This document shows positions 1-11,890 of a DNA stretch of 64,000 nt, in pieces. Source of the stretch: Chiloscyllium plagiosum (Eukaryota). Below the pieces are notes generated by a model. The model ran no database searches. It was not told the DNA's origin and was given only the letters and a program-made list of their open reading frames with translations. The stretch covers positions 53,501,282 through 53,565,281 of the forward strand of contig NC_057719.1 in NCBI RefSeq assembly GCF_004010195.1. Direction: 5' to 3'. Positions within the stretch are counted from its first letter, which is position 1, and every line of letters begins with the position of its first letter. The position numbers and the translations under genes are program-made.

Positions 1-187
1 GTTTGCAAAGATAGGCAATTTATTCAAATGCAACAACTTCTCTGCATGAAGGAAAATGTCAGTTCAGACAGATCAAGAGCTGTGTTACTGGCTGAATACT
101 CCAAGGGCTTATTACACACAATTAAACAAACTTTGCAGATAGACCTTGAAAGTTTCCTTTAAATGCTTTGATTCATCACGAGGTAGA

Positions 188-258
188 GTCACAGAATCAT
201 GGAGTCATAGAGATGTACAGCACAGACACAGACCCTTCAGTCCAACTTGTCCATGCCC
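188..258 (-). mobile_element. CR1/HER1-type LINE 3' tail fragment
   Basis: Reverse complement of the CR1 3' end seen at 48350-48412 (gagtcatagagatgtacagc...agacccttcagtccaac). Confidence 0.75.
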
Positions 259-1689
259 GTGCCATAAAATGCATTGCTGTTGATTTTTTTCTGTTGCGGA
301 TGTTTTGATAATTCCTATGAGCTATCATGTTCAGGTAGATGGATTTTTGTTAAGCAAAAGTTGAAATGTTATTGGTGGAAACACAGATTTGAGGTTAGAA
401 TCTGAGCAGGCTCCTGTTCCACTTTCTGTGTGAGTTCGTGTTGATAGCTTCTCATGACTTTTCAATGTATGTGAACACAGTCACAAAACAATATGTTTCT
501 TACTTAGTTCTGCAGTTCAGTATTTTCAAGTTTCAATATTTCAACAACTACTGCAATGTAAATGTAATTTAAACAAACCTTAGGATGATTTTTGGAGGAG
601 TTATTCATTTAAAAATAAATACTGACAAAAAAAAATCTGAGTTAAAGTCATGTCCAGATCTTCATGGTTTGAGGTAGGACAGGCCTGAGGTACCAAATGA
701 CTTTCTTCAATTGCATTAGTCTTGATTTTCATTGACTTCAGTGACATTTTATGAGTTTTTAATACCGATAAACATTGGACACTGAAGTGTAACCTTCAAA
801 ATTTCAGGAAGTGAATCATGGCGATTTTACATCTGAAAGAAAAAACCTCTTAAACTAAAAAGAGAAATGTAACAATGGAAGGATTTAAGGAGAGATCTCA
901 GGGTATTTGCCCAGATGGCTGAAGATAATTACAGAAGCTACAGATGTCACTGGAGTGGTATCTACATCAGGCTGTGTTTGGTAACAGTAGTTTAATAGAT
1001 CGTGGAGTTGGAGAATCAATCATAGGTCAGAATCATTGAGTCTATGCATCCTACTAGGGGGAAAAGTTGTCACCAAGACAGACAAAAGCATTTTAACCGT
1101 ATTACAATCAATCTAATTGACTTTCACATAAACAAAGCAGCAATTTCTTTATTCTTATCAGCAATTTTCTGTGCAATAGTCATATCTGGATGTGCTCAGC
1201 AAGGGGGAGTACTTGTTATGAATAGGAATTGAGCTTCAAGACATTTTTTAAAAATCTGTGCACTGAAAGTCATTTGATTGAAAACATTTGGCAGATTATT
1301 TTTGTCTTTCTTATGTGTAAGATTACTCTAGATGCTTGTCATAATGGTGATGACAAATTGCAAGACCAATAATGTACAAGTTCTGTATTCCAATAGGAAG
1401 TCTTTTATATTATGACTTTCTGATTTAAGTGAGAAAAGATGAAGAATAAAGGAATGATTTTACCGTGAGGCAGATTGTTCACATCAATATTACCCATAAA
1501 CCTGCATTAATGGCTGAATATCCGATGACCATAATCAAGGTAATATCAGAATTGTACCAACTGCATGCTATAAAGTGACACCCAGCTAAACACAGCCACA
1601 AGCTGTCAATGTTTGCACAGAACTACGTTTGTAGACCTGTATTTATTTCAGAGTTACCTGTGGGTTCAAGAGATGAAATTTGGAGAAGT

Positions 1690-1934
1690 TTTGACAGTTT
1701 TCCTTAGAGAAAAAAAGGCTAAGAGGATATCTGTTTGAAGTTTTCAAAATCATGAGGGGTCTTCACAGAATAGGTGAGGAAAACTGTTTCTGCTTTTAAG
1801 AGAAACAAGAACCAAAAACCAAATATTTTGCAAATGAAGCAACTGCATGGTTCGGAAAAAAAAACACTTCATACAGTAAGTGGTTCAGGCTTAGAAAGTA
1901 CTTACTTCAATTGTGATGAAGGCAGGTTTCTCAA
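1690..1934 (+). mobile_element. Old CR1 3' fragment, apparently continuing at ~4414-4570
   Basis: Degenerate ORF2 C-terminus FSLEKKRLRGYLFEVFKIMRG; CR1-like 3' end gggctgaatggtctccttctg at ~4526. Confidence 0.6.
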
Positions 1935-3047
1935 GTCACAGATTCATACAGATGCACAGCATGGAAACAGACCCTTTGGTCCAACATACCTATTCTGACC
2001 AGATATCCTAAATAGATCTAGCCCCATTTGTTATGATGATGTGTCTGTACTGTATCTTTAAGAAAGTTAAAAGCTAGCAGAACTACCTGACAACATCAAG
2101 AATTCTCAGTAAGATACATAGCAGTACGTGGTCCAGCAGCTAGTGTAGCTGGTCGCCTGGAGACAAAAACAAATGCAAATTAGGCAGATCATTTTAAATT
2201 ATACCCACAAAAAATAACAAACTCCAATCACATTTGAATTTATTATATTGAGAATATTAAAAGCCGATGAGACAATCCAATGCTTTGAGGGTATAAGACC
2301 AGGGAAAGTTGAACAGTTGGGGGAGAACTGCCAAAAGACCAACAGATGTAGGCTGCTAGTCTGAACTCTCTGGTAGGTACCTGAGAAAAATGTCAACACC
2401 GACCTGGAGAGCAAATCTACAGAAGAAAATAGAAAAAGCAAATTCGACTGCTGGCTGGTTTCGAAATTTGAATTTTGGTAAATCTTTACCAGACTAGTAC
2501 TATAGAAGGCAAAAGTGAAGACTGCAGATGCTGGAACCCAGAGTTTAGACCAGAGTGGTGCTGGAAAAGCACAGCAGGTCAGGCAGCATCCGAGGAGCAG
2601 GAAAATCAACGTTTCAGGCAAAAGCCCTTTATCAGGAATAGAGCATCATCATCAAGCCAGCAGATAAAGGGGGTGCAGAGGTAGTTTGGCACACTGACCT
2701 CTACACCACTGAAGCCAGACGCCAACTCGAAGACACCTCCTCCTACCACCCCCTCGACCATGACCCCACCACTCCATCACCAAAACATCATCTCCCAGAC
2801 CATAGAGAACCTCATCACGTCAGGAAATCTCCCACCCACAGCTTCCAACCTCATAGTCCAGGAATCCCTGCACCACCCGATTCTACCTGCTTCCCAAGAT
2901 CCACAAGCCAGACCACCCCAGCTGACCCATTGTCTCAGCCTGCTCCTGCCCCACTGAACTCATCTCTGCCTACCTCGATACTGTCCTATCTCCCCTAGTC
3001 CAGGAACTCCCCATATATGTTTGAGACACCACCCATGCCCTCCACCT

Positions 3048-3384
3048 ATTATATTACATTACATTACATTACATTATTACATTACATTACAGTGTGGAAA
3101 CAGGCCCTTCGGCCCAACAAGTCCACACTGACCCACCGAAGCGTAACCCACCCATACCCTTACATTTACCTATTACCTAACACTACGGGCAATTTAGCAT
3201 GGCCAATTCACCTGACCTGCACATCTTTGGACTGTGGGAGGAAACCGGAGGACCCGGAGGAAACCCACGCAGACACGGGGAGAATGTGCAAACTCCACAC
3301 AGTCAGTCGTCTGAGTCAGGAATTGAACCCGGGTCTCTGGCGCTGTGAGGCAGCAGTGCTAACCACCGTGCCACCGTGCCGCCC
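3048..3384 (-). mobile_element. HE1-type tRNA-derived SINE
   Basis: Minus strand begins gggcggcacggtggcacggtggttagcactgctgcctcacag; B box ggttcaattcc; (taatg)n tail; interrupts the PLE RT with ccacct on both sides. Confidence 0.9.
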
Positions 3385-3590
3385 ACCTCCTCCAAGACAT
3401 CTGTTTCCCCTGCCCCCAACGCCTCATCTTCACCATGGACATCCAATCCCTCTACACCTCCATCCACCATGACCAGGGCCACCAAGCCCTCTGTTTCTTC
3501 CTCTCCCGATGTCCCCAACAGTACCCTTCTACTCACACGCTTAATCGTTTGGCTGAACTGGTCCTCACCCTTAACAATAAAAAGAGCTCT

Positions 3591-3626
3591 ATTCCTGATG
3601 AAGAGCTTTTGCCCGAAACGTTGATT
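3591..3626 (+). ncRNA. Minimal hammerhead ribozyme motif, family A (Penelope-associated)
   Basis: attc-CTGATGA-a-gagc-tttt-gccc-GAAA-cGTT-gatt; one stem II mismatch. Confidence 0.65.
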
Positions 3627-5329
3627 TTCCTGATCCTCCGATTTTGCCTGACCTGCTGTGCTTTTCTAGCACCACTCTAGTACTATAAAAGGGCAAGTAA
3701 AAGATAGGTGAGAGGAAGGAGTTGTAAATCGTTGTTAGTTAATTATTCTCTGTTTTACTTTAAGAAATAAAGTTGTTAATTTTTACTTTAAATAGTTCTT
3801 GGCCTATCGAACTTTCACAGATTACTGCATGGGATAAATCTTTTCTGTGTTTCTGTTTTAAATTAGACAGGAGGGTTTACCTCGAATCATAACACATTTG
3901 CCAGCATTTGGTCTGTATCCCTCTAAATCCTTCCTATTCATATACCTATGCTGATGCCTTTTGAATGTTGCAATTGTACCAGCCTCCACCACTTTCTCTG
4001 GCAGCTCCTTCTGTACACGCACCGTCCTCTACGTGAAAATGTTGCTGCTTTGGTTCCTTTTATATCTTTCCCCTCTCACCTTAAACCTATGCCCTCTAGG
4101 CCTGGGCTCCCCAACGCAGGGAAAAGGCCTCATCTATTTACCCTATCCATGCTACTCATAATGTTATAAACCACTATAGGGTCACCCCTCAGCCTCTGAC
4201 GCTCCAGGGAAAACAGCCCCAGCCTACTCAGCCTCTCCCTGTCGCTTAAACTCTAAAATCCTAACAACATCCTTATAAATCTTTTCTGAACCCTTTCAAG
4301 TTTCACAACATCTTTCCAATAGCAGGGTGACTAGAATTGCACACAGTATTCTAAGAATGGCCGAATCAATGTCCTGTACAGCTGCAACATGACCTCCCAA
4401 CTCCTATACTCAAATTGAGGCGTTTAAGAGGATGTGAGACCACTTAAATTGACACCATGTGCAGAATTATAGGTAAAACAGGTGATTGCCACTATGTCAA
4501 AATACTCAGATGAAGCAGCTACATTGGGCTGAATGGTCTCCTTCTGCACCATAAATATTCTGTAATTTTACCTATGGATAGGAAACCATTACATAACCTG
4601 TCCTGCGCCAATGTATCATGCATCACAGCAAATAATTTCACCCTTTTGGTTTGCTGGACAGCTGGCAGCAGAATAGAAGGTGGTACATATTTGGCACCAG
4701 ATGGATGCCATGCATCTGCGTAAGACTGTTGGACTTCCTTAATCAACACATTAGTTCTTGCAAATGTTGCCCATCCTTTAATGATTAATCTACAGCATAG
4801 GATGGATATCAGCGAATGTTCTGTCCAATGGGTTCATGTTCTTTCTCTGTTATCACCACCTTCTCTTGCTGCCCACTCTTGTTCCATTAAATCTAACTCA
4901 TACTTGCCCTGAAATCCCTTGCTGTGGATCAGTTTATGCTGATTCTCCCCGGATGATGTCAGCTGTTGTCACTTCCAACTACCGTGTGATCCTTTTTGGA
5001 GTCATCTATTTCCCCCATGTCTCACGTCCTCTTTAACCAGTCACGAAGAAAAATAGTACTATGTGAGTTTTCACAAACTAACATGTTCCTTCATTGATTT
5101 TGGCTCAATTCTATTCCTGCAAAGAGGAAGTCATGAGATACCTTTCCTTGAATTTGCACACAGACTGAGGATAACCAAATAAATTCCTCATCATGCAGGT
5201 GAGAGGACATGCAATACCAGCAGGATCAGCTTTTTTTACATCAGTGGCAGCTTAAAGTAACGGTAATTGTTGTTTTACTTGGCTCATGGTCACTATGGGA
5301 GTCAATGAACTTCCAATAAATATGAGCTA

Positions 5330-5775
5330 TGACCCCATTCTATATTAGACATGGACAAAATTTCAGTGCACCCCTTCCACTCTGTCCCATGTTTACGTTC
5401 CCATAGTCTTCTCTAACTATCTCCCCTTTTTTCAACTTTCTATCCCTATCCCAGGGATAATCTGTCAACCAATGTCTATTGGGTGCTCAGTAACTCCCCA
5501 CAATTTCTTGACTGTATTTTCCCCATCCTGCATCCATATCCGTTTCATTTTCTCAGTTTCTGCATCTCCTTCAAATCAATTCTGACTGCACCATCTTCTA
5601 CGCTGACATTTTCTACAGAGCACTTGCCTTTCCTCTTCCCCTTTTTGTTGCCTCTGTACTTGCTTCAAACTATTACATTTCAAATATTTCCCAGTCCTGT
5701 TGAAAAGGTCACCAATCTGAAATGTTAACAATGTTTTTCCCTCCATAGATATTGACTTCTTTGACTGTTTCCCAT
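5330..5775 (+). mobile_element. Degenerate Penelope-like 3' region with a decayed family C hammerhead motif (5697-5728)
   Basis: Pyrimidine-rich tract, then ctgttga-aaaggtcaccaatct-gaaa-tgtta, then a tail like those at 25460-25560 and 57225-57315. Confidence 0.5.
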
Positions 5776-7400
5776 TTTAAGCTGTGTTAGGTCCAATTAT
5801 CCTCTTTGGTATATTTCAATAATGACATTCAATAAGACCTAGAAATGGCATGAGAATTGTGTTGCACAATTAGCCTATGTCTATTACTTGCAAACCAGAA
5901 AGCATGAAGACTTGTGTAGTTTGCTCATTTACATGATTACAGCATACAGCCAGCTCTAGGTGACGTGCTTCAGGCCTACACAGGGGAAGCAGAATTAGAT
6001 GCAAAAAGCCAGTACATTTTAAAATCTCTTAGAGGACAGAGATTTGTTTACAGTGGTTAGTGGAAGTCAATCAAGTAATGACTTTCCTCTGAAAAAGAGC
6101 TAGGAATGACCTAGGATGGTACACAGTGGGCTTCAGATTCTCTGACACACAGTGAACGCTGGTACGTGATCTTGACAGGAAGAGAGTGGTTAGTGATACA
6201 CCTGAGGTGAGGAAGCCCTAGAGATAGATGCTGAGAAGACTGAGGGAACTGACAGCCATCTTGCTCAGTGCCAGAATTCAAGCCCTGATGAGTATGAGAG
6301 TGCCACAAAGGGTTTTATGACATTGCATGAATGACCTTGGGTGAGTGAGAACCTGTTCATATGTCTGAATGTTACAAATGAATCACCAGCCTGACACACT
6401 GCTCAATGCACAAATCAATCCTTCCCCAGTTACTGAGCAACAATCTCTGTGAAGGACAACTCATACCTAACATTCATAGTTTCATTCACCCTCACACCCA
6501 CAATCTGCTCACTGGCCACATTCAACCACAACAGGAACATCACCATGTACATTGCACACACATACCCATGTAAATCTTTTCTCTTTCAGCACAGAGAGTG
6601 CAAAAACTGTAGCAAGGACTAACTGAAGTGGCACAGGCACAAGTCCCAACACCAATGGGATACAATGTATGGCCTAGAATTAAAGCTCCATTAGAGCTCC
6701 AGGTAATGACCAGCAACAGAGCTCAAACCCTCCAAAATTGACATGTTCACACCTGCTTCTCACATCCCCCTTCACTCTGATCCCATGTTTTTCTTGCAAT
6801 TTAGAAGCAACAGGCTTTATATCCTCTTATTTCTCCACTTGCTGAAATGTTTCCCTTCTGTCTATCTCCTTTTATCTATCAAATAACTACAACCTGGCCT
6901 GAGAATGGTGCAGGAGTAAGATGAGACTCGTTTCCATTGTAGAAGTAGCAACCAGTGGCCCCATCCATGCTGTAATCATGGAGGTCAATGTGTCAGCTTT
7001 CATTGCAGCACAAACAGAATCTATCTACTGTCTCGGGGAAGCTCTAAGTAAAGCCATTGAAGAATACTTACAGCTGGTTGCAAGTACCAATGTTCACAAG
7101 AGCTTGAAGCATTTTACAGTTATTAGAAAACTGTCGGCCAACATAATACCAGGATTGCTAAGGATCCACACTCACTACTCTGCCAGCAACCTTGCTGCCA
7201 CCTATCATCAGATAACATTAATCACTGCACCCCATAACGAAATACTGTGGTTCAAGGTTGATCCTGAAAGGAGCAGATCTGCTTAAGGTTATCCTGGAAG
7301 TGAGTTTTGGCTTTCTCTACTGAAATTCACCATCAACCTTGCAGTAGCCACCAAGACAGCACAGCTTTAGCACATTTGGGCAATCAAAGGTTACAGTAGA

Positions 7401-7749
7401 AAACAGTGGTGTGGCTGCTCAGTGGTTAGTACTGCTGCCTCAACGTCAGGAACCCGGATTCTATTCCAGCCTCTGGTCACTGTCAGTGTGGAGTTTGCAC
7501 ATTCTCCCTGTGTCTGTGTGGGTTTCCTCCAGGTGTTCCATTTCTTGCCACATTCCAAAGCTGTGCAGGTTAGGTGGATTGACCATGCTAAATTGCTCAT
7601 AGTGTCTAGAGATGTGCAGTTTAGGTGGATTAGCCATGGGAAATGCAGGTTAAGGGTAGTGGGTGTGTCTGGCTGGGATGCTCTTTGGAGGGTTAGTTAT
7701 GGGCTTGCTGTGTTGAATGGTTTGCTTCCACACTCTAGCGATTCTATGA
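7401..7749 (+). mobile_element. HE1-type SINE (older subfamily)
   Basis: cagtggttagtactgctgcctc head; gtggagtttgcacattctccc core; CR1-like tail. Confidence 0.85.
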
Positions 7750-8135
7750 AATCTCCTAGTGATTCTAGACCTACAGCAATGTGATTGACTCTTAATAATG
7801 AAGGTAATACATGCTGACCTAGCCAGCAATGCCCGCATCCTGTGAATTAATAAAAGAAAAGCTGAATCACACTTGTACATTTCTAATATGCACACAGACG
7901 TCATAAAACATTGATTTAATAGCTCCAGGATTCTGACATTAAGCAGTGCCCTGACTGCCTGGACTATTCCAGAGGAGTTTTGCATTATTCAGCAGATCAC
8001 ATTATGGTTCGTTGTGTTTTGCTACCCCCTGCATATCCTCACAGTCATGATGAAACATTTCTTGTGACCGAGAATAGAGTAAGAACGAAGGAGGTGGGGG
8101 AGGAAGAAGAAAATTAGACCAACATGGCCAATTTC

Positions 8136-8267
8136 TGGGAGAAAGTGAGGACTGCTGATGCTGAGGATCAGAGTTGAGAGTATGGTGCTGGAAAAGCACA
8201 GCAGGTCAGGCATCATCCGAGGAGCAGGGAGTATCAACGTTTCGGGCAAAAGCCCTTCATCAAGATT
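8136..8267 (-). mobile_element. Penelope-derived short insert with family A hammerhead motif
   Basis: Minus strand ttgatga-a-gggc-tttt-gccc-gaaa-cgtt, then the family tail ending cctcactttctcc. Confidence 0.8.
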
Positions 8268-8389
8268 CTGGCTGGATTGTTTCTGATTGATCCATCTAAC
8301 TGTGGATATGTTCCAGTTAATACAACCTCAATTCCCCAGTCAGCAAGTGTGCCACTACTTACCAGCTATATATGACCGATCATCCTGTT

Positions 8390-8720
8390 CATGATCAAGT
8401 GAGATGTGATCTCATTGAAATGTACAACATACCTAGACATAAATACAAGTAAATTTTTTCCCCTATTTAGGGGCTCTAGAACCACATGGCACAACTTAAA
8501 AATAAAATGAATGCTACTTAGGTCCAAGATGAACAGAGTTATTTTATTCTGAGGAATTCTCTACCACAGAGGTCAATGGAAGCTTAACCTTTGAGTATGA
8601 TTAAGGTAAAGCTAGACATTTTTCTAATTACAAGTGGCATACCAGGCTTTGAAGTGTTTGATCATATATGATAATACTAAATGGTAGAGCAGGCTCAGTG
8701 AGCTGAATAGTGTATTCCTG
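8390..8720 (+). mobile_element. Old CR1 3' fragment
   Basis: gatctcattgaaatgtac (DLIEMY), ggaattctctaccacagagg, aatggtagagcaggctc...gagctgaatag; tail resumes at ~9750. Confidence 0.6.
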
Positions 8721-9297
8721 ATGTAGAGTATCCAGTGTTGGATTGGGGTGGACAAAATTAAAAATCACAAAACACCATGTTATATACTAACAGGTTTATT
8801 TGGAAGCACTAGCTTTCGGAACGCCACTCCTTCTTCAAGTGGAATCTGTACTGGGCTCTCCTTCTGCTCTTCTTCCTTTTCCAGCTTTCCAATGCTAAGT
8901 ATAAGATCATAAGACACAGAATTTATAGTAAAAGATTATACTGTCATGCAGCTGAAATGATGTATTGAACAAACCTGGATTATGTCTTTCATCTTTTAGA
9001 ATGGGTTGCAGGTTTCGGTTCATTAATGTTTACATCCCAGATCTTCTTTTAAGTTACTTTCTAAAGATAACTAAAGGTTTTATAACAAAAGGTGACATCT
9101 CAGTTCAGACAATGCATTAAAGGTGTGAGGTCAGAGTCTGTCTGTATCCCATATTTGAGTCAGACTGGTTCTATTCCCAAAATGGAATTTACAAAATATT
9201 ACATGTACTGACTGTCTGAAGATTATGCATTTTTTGTGCAAAATAGAATGTATCTGTAAATATAATTCTATAAATACAAATTCACCCTATAGACTTA

Positions 9298-9585
9298 TGT
9301 GTGTGTGTGTGAGACCCCACTATACTACACACACTCTCTCTCATACACACACACACAAAACACACTCACATAGACCCTCTCTCAGACAAATGCTACCTCT
9401 CATACACACACACATACACCCCTGCACTTACACCCAAGCACACATCCTCCCACAGGCTTATGCACCATCACACCCACACACACATTTTACCAAGCTTTCA
9501 CACATGCAAACACACACTCTTTTATGTGTACTCACACTCACACACTCACATGCACACACACTCTCTCATGCACGCACACATATAT
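9298..9585. repeat. Imperfect (TG)/(CA)n and (CT)n microsatellite tract
   Basis: Runs of tgtgtg, cacacac and ctctct. Confidence 0.9.
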
Positions 9586-9653
9586 AAATCTGTTGCATGA
9601 CACTGTAATCTTTTGCTATAAATACTGTGCCTTATGATCTTATACTCCACAAC

Positions 9654-9688
9654 CACCTAATGAAGGAGCAGTGCTCCGAAAGCTAGTG
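9654..9688 (+). ncRNA. Minimal hammerhead ribozyme motif, family B (core G>A substitution)
   Basis: cac-CTaATGA-a-ggagc-agt-gctcc-GAAA-gCTA-gtg; stem I cac/gtg; palindromic AGCT. Confidence 0.6.
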
Positions 9689-10271
9689 CATCTGAATAAA
9701 CCTGTTGGACAATAACCTGGTGTTTTACCTCGTTGATTTTTAACTTAGTCTATTCCTGTTCTTGTGTTCCAATAGCTGTCTACACTTAGTAACAGTGCAA
9801 AAATAAAATATACCAGAAAGTAAGCGTTCCAAAGAAGCTTTATCTTCAAATCATCCAATGTTGCATACAAATCAGTAATCATCCTTGGGCATTCACAGTG
9901 AGTGAAACTGATTAAAATGTGAAACATTTAGAAGTGAATTTTAAATTTGGAAAAAAAAACCCTAACCATTTTTAACTCACATCTATGGCAATGGAGTTTG
10001 AAAGGAATGTAGCAACAGTGATATGGAATATTCCCATTTCACCAGGAAGCTCTTATATAGCCAATTCATAGTTGCAGCGTTGGAAACTGACAATGTGTTT
10101 CCTCACTGTAAAACTTTCCCCACTGCAAAACTGCATATGTATCCCCTGCATGCTGCTGGCTTTTTAAAATTTGCAATTGTTTGGAAAACTGGAAAAGGAA
10201 GAAGAGCAGAAGGGGAGTCCAGTACAGATTCCACCATTGTGAATAACTGAAAATGTCACCCCAGTCTCAAA

Positions 10272-10791
10272 ATCATAGAATTCTTACAGTGTGGAAACAG
10301 GCCATTCAGCCCATGAAGTCCACACCAACTCTCCAAGGACATCCCACCCAGACTCATTCCCCCATCCTATCCCTGAAACCTTGCATTTCCCATGGCTAAT
10401 CCACCAAACTACATATCCCTGGACACTATAGGCAATTTAACCTGCACATTTTTGGACTGTGGGAAGAAACCCGAGCACCTGGAGAAAACCCGCGCAAACA
10501 CTGTGAGAATGTGCAAATTCCGCACAGACTGGGATTCCACCTTAGGCTGGCATTGAACCCAGGGACCTGGCACTGTGATGCAGCAGGTGAAAGTGAGGAC
10601 TACAGATGCTGGAGATTAGAGTCAAGATTAGAATGGTGCTGGAAATACATGGCAGGTCAAGCAGCATCCGTGGAGCAGGAAGGGCTCCTGCCCGAATCCT
10701 TGGATGCTGCCTGACCTGCTGTGCTTTTCCAGCACTACTCTAATCTTGACTGTGATGCAGCAGTGCTAACCATTGAGCCACCATGTCACCC
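10272..10791 (-). mobile_element. HE1-type SINE interrupted by a Penelope-derived fold-back insert
   Basis: cctgcacatttttggactgtgggaagaaac core; head gcagtgctaaccattgagccacc. Confidence 0.85.
10587..10748. mobile_element. Penelope-derived fold-back mini-insert (family A)
   Basis: Inverted arms around a broken stem II (agggctcctgcccgaa); 15-bp TSD actgtgatgcagcag at 10572-10586 and 10749-10763. Confidence 0.8.
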
Positions 10792-11802
10792 CTGATAATG
10801 AATAATTTGAAAGGGTTAAGATCAAGTCTCTAAAACGCAAAACCTTAGTCTGAATCATAGCATATGGTGCAAAGTTTGATGACTACTCAATTTGTTATCA
10901 ATATTTTCACAACCCTGAAATTATAGTCTCATAGTAAAAAGAACAGGCAAAATCCATTGTGACTATTGTTAAGATATAAAATGGTTAATTCATCCAACCA
11001 TGTCTATCAATTTGGAAACTTAAAATTTAATAATGCCCAATTACTCCCTTGTCTCTAGTACAGTCCTGATGGTAAAGAAATTGTTAATCAGATACCAGAA
11101 TTATGAAACTGATAGGAATTTCAGTTTCAACTACTCAAGTAGGGATGGGTTTATTTGAGATACAAGAGGATAATAAAACTCTCATGAAAATATAGATGTA
11201 AAACAATTTCTGTGGTTCCTTGGTATGAAAAAAATATTAAAGGTGGAAATGAAATTGAACAGTGAGAAAATCTGTTTGCTTAACAATATTCATTTTTAAA
11301 AAAGAGTAATTTCAAAATATAAAAAATGGTCAGCACAAAATAACAGGTTATTTTTTCTAGAAATTAAAGGTTGCATAAACCAAAGTTTAAACACAATTTG
11401 TTAATAGGTAAAATCTCATGAGACTGTTTCATTTTTGCTTTGAATTTATTGTGACAATATTGTATTGGATAGTCACTTTTCTTCAGAGTCATGATTGGTT
11501 GGAGTGATAATTAAGAGCACGTGTGAAATAGTATGGGAGGAAATTGAGGAAAGTGAAAGAGAAAATCACTTCATTAAATTTGAATTCGATTTGTAGAGAA
11601 AACAGGGCAAGTGTAGATGCAATAGCAATAGCAATTGATTGCTTTCCATTGAATTCTTTGCTTACGAATCTCATAAGATAATAACATGTGATAGCCTGGT
11701 CACTTTTCAAGTCATTGAGACCACGCTGGAAGAGAGGAGCAAAGAAGTCCAAGTATCAAAACAACACCTTTTGATTAAACCAGCTGAAAGTCTAGGAAAG
11801 AC

Positions 11803-11890
11803 GGCTCGGAGAAAGGGTCACTGGACCTGAAACATTCATTTTGATTTCTCTTCATAGATGTTGCTTTTCCAGCAACTTCTGTTTTTGTTT
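11803..11890 (+). mobile_element. Penelope-derived mini-insert with decayed family C hammerhead motif
   Basis: cggagaaa-gggtc-actg-gacct-gaaa-catt; flanked by tag(g/a)aaagac repeats. Confidence 0.6.

Larger units (their letters stand above)
2505..3676 (+). mobile_element. Penelope-like element fragment (RT remnant) with inverted terminal copies
   Basis: Frameshifted PLE RT motifs PKIHKP, PIVSACSCPTELISAYLD and FTMDIQSLYTSI; ends are inverted copies (~2550-2643 vs ~3585-3677); 11-bp TSD ctagtactata at 2494-2504 and 3677-3687. Confidence 0.85.
2029..3894 (+). mobile_element. Solo LTR (Gypsy-like) containing nested insertions
   Basis: Termini TGTTATGAT...ATCATAACA form a 9-bp perfect inverted repeat; 4-bp TSD catt at 2025-2028 and 3895-3898; aataaa near the 3' end. 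Strand is inferred. Confidence 0.8.
1935..4413 (-). mobile_element. CR1 3' portion split by a solo LTR (pieces 1935-2028 and 3895-4413)
   Basis: Both pieces are the reverse complement of the CR1 3' region at 47800-48412 and join cleanly across the catt TSD. Confidence 0.85.
8721..9745 (+). mobile_element. Penelope-derived non-coding insert (family B) with inverted ends and an internal CA-rich tract
   Basis: 8758-8842 is an inverted copy of ~9653-9745 and ~8898-8952 is an inverted copy of ~9593-9645; 13-bp TSD tagt(g/c)tattcctg at 8708-8720 and 9746-9758. Confidence 0.75.

Noticed and set aside
2199..2621. ORFs starting MPETLI... (also 8022-8249 and 50038-50418)
   Set aside because: They start inside the hammerhead stem II/GAAA of the Penelope repeat at a non-ATG codon and are translation artefacts.
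3017..3472. Recurrent ORFs sharing HLT(C/F)T.LDCGRK.E.PEE.HADTGRMCKLH (also 51731-52150 and 61321-61917; weaker at 7391-7600)
   Set aside because: Antisense translations of the HE1 SINE, not a protein family.
6100..7370. Possible Harbinger Myb/SANT partner gene remnant, including ORF 6921-7286
   Set aside because: Only a vague ECHKGFYD resemblance to QCRKKFND; not enough to call.
9225..9587. His/Thr-rich 120-aa ORF
   Set aside because: Translation of a CA microsatellite.
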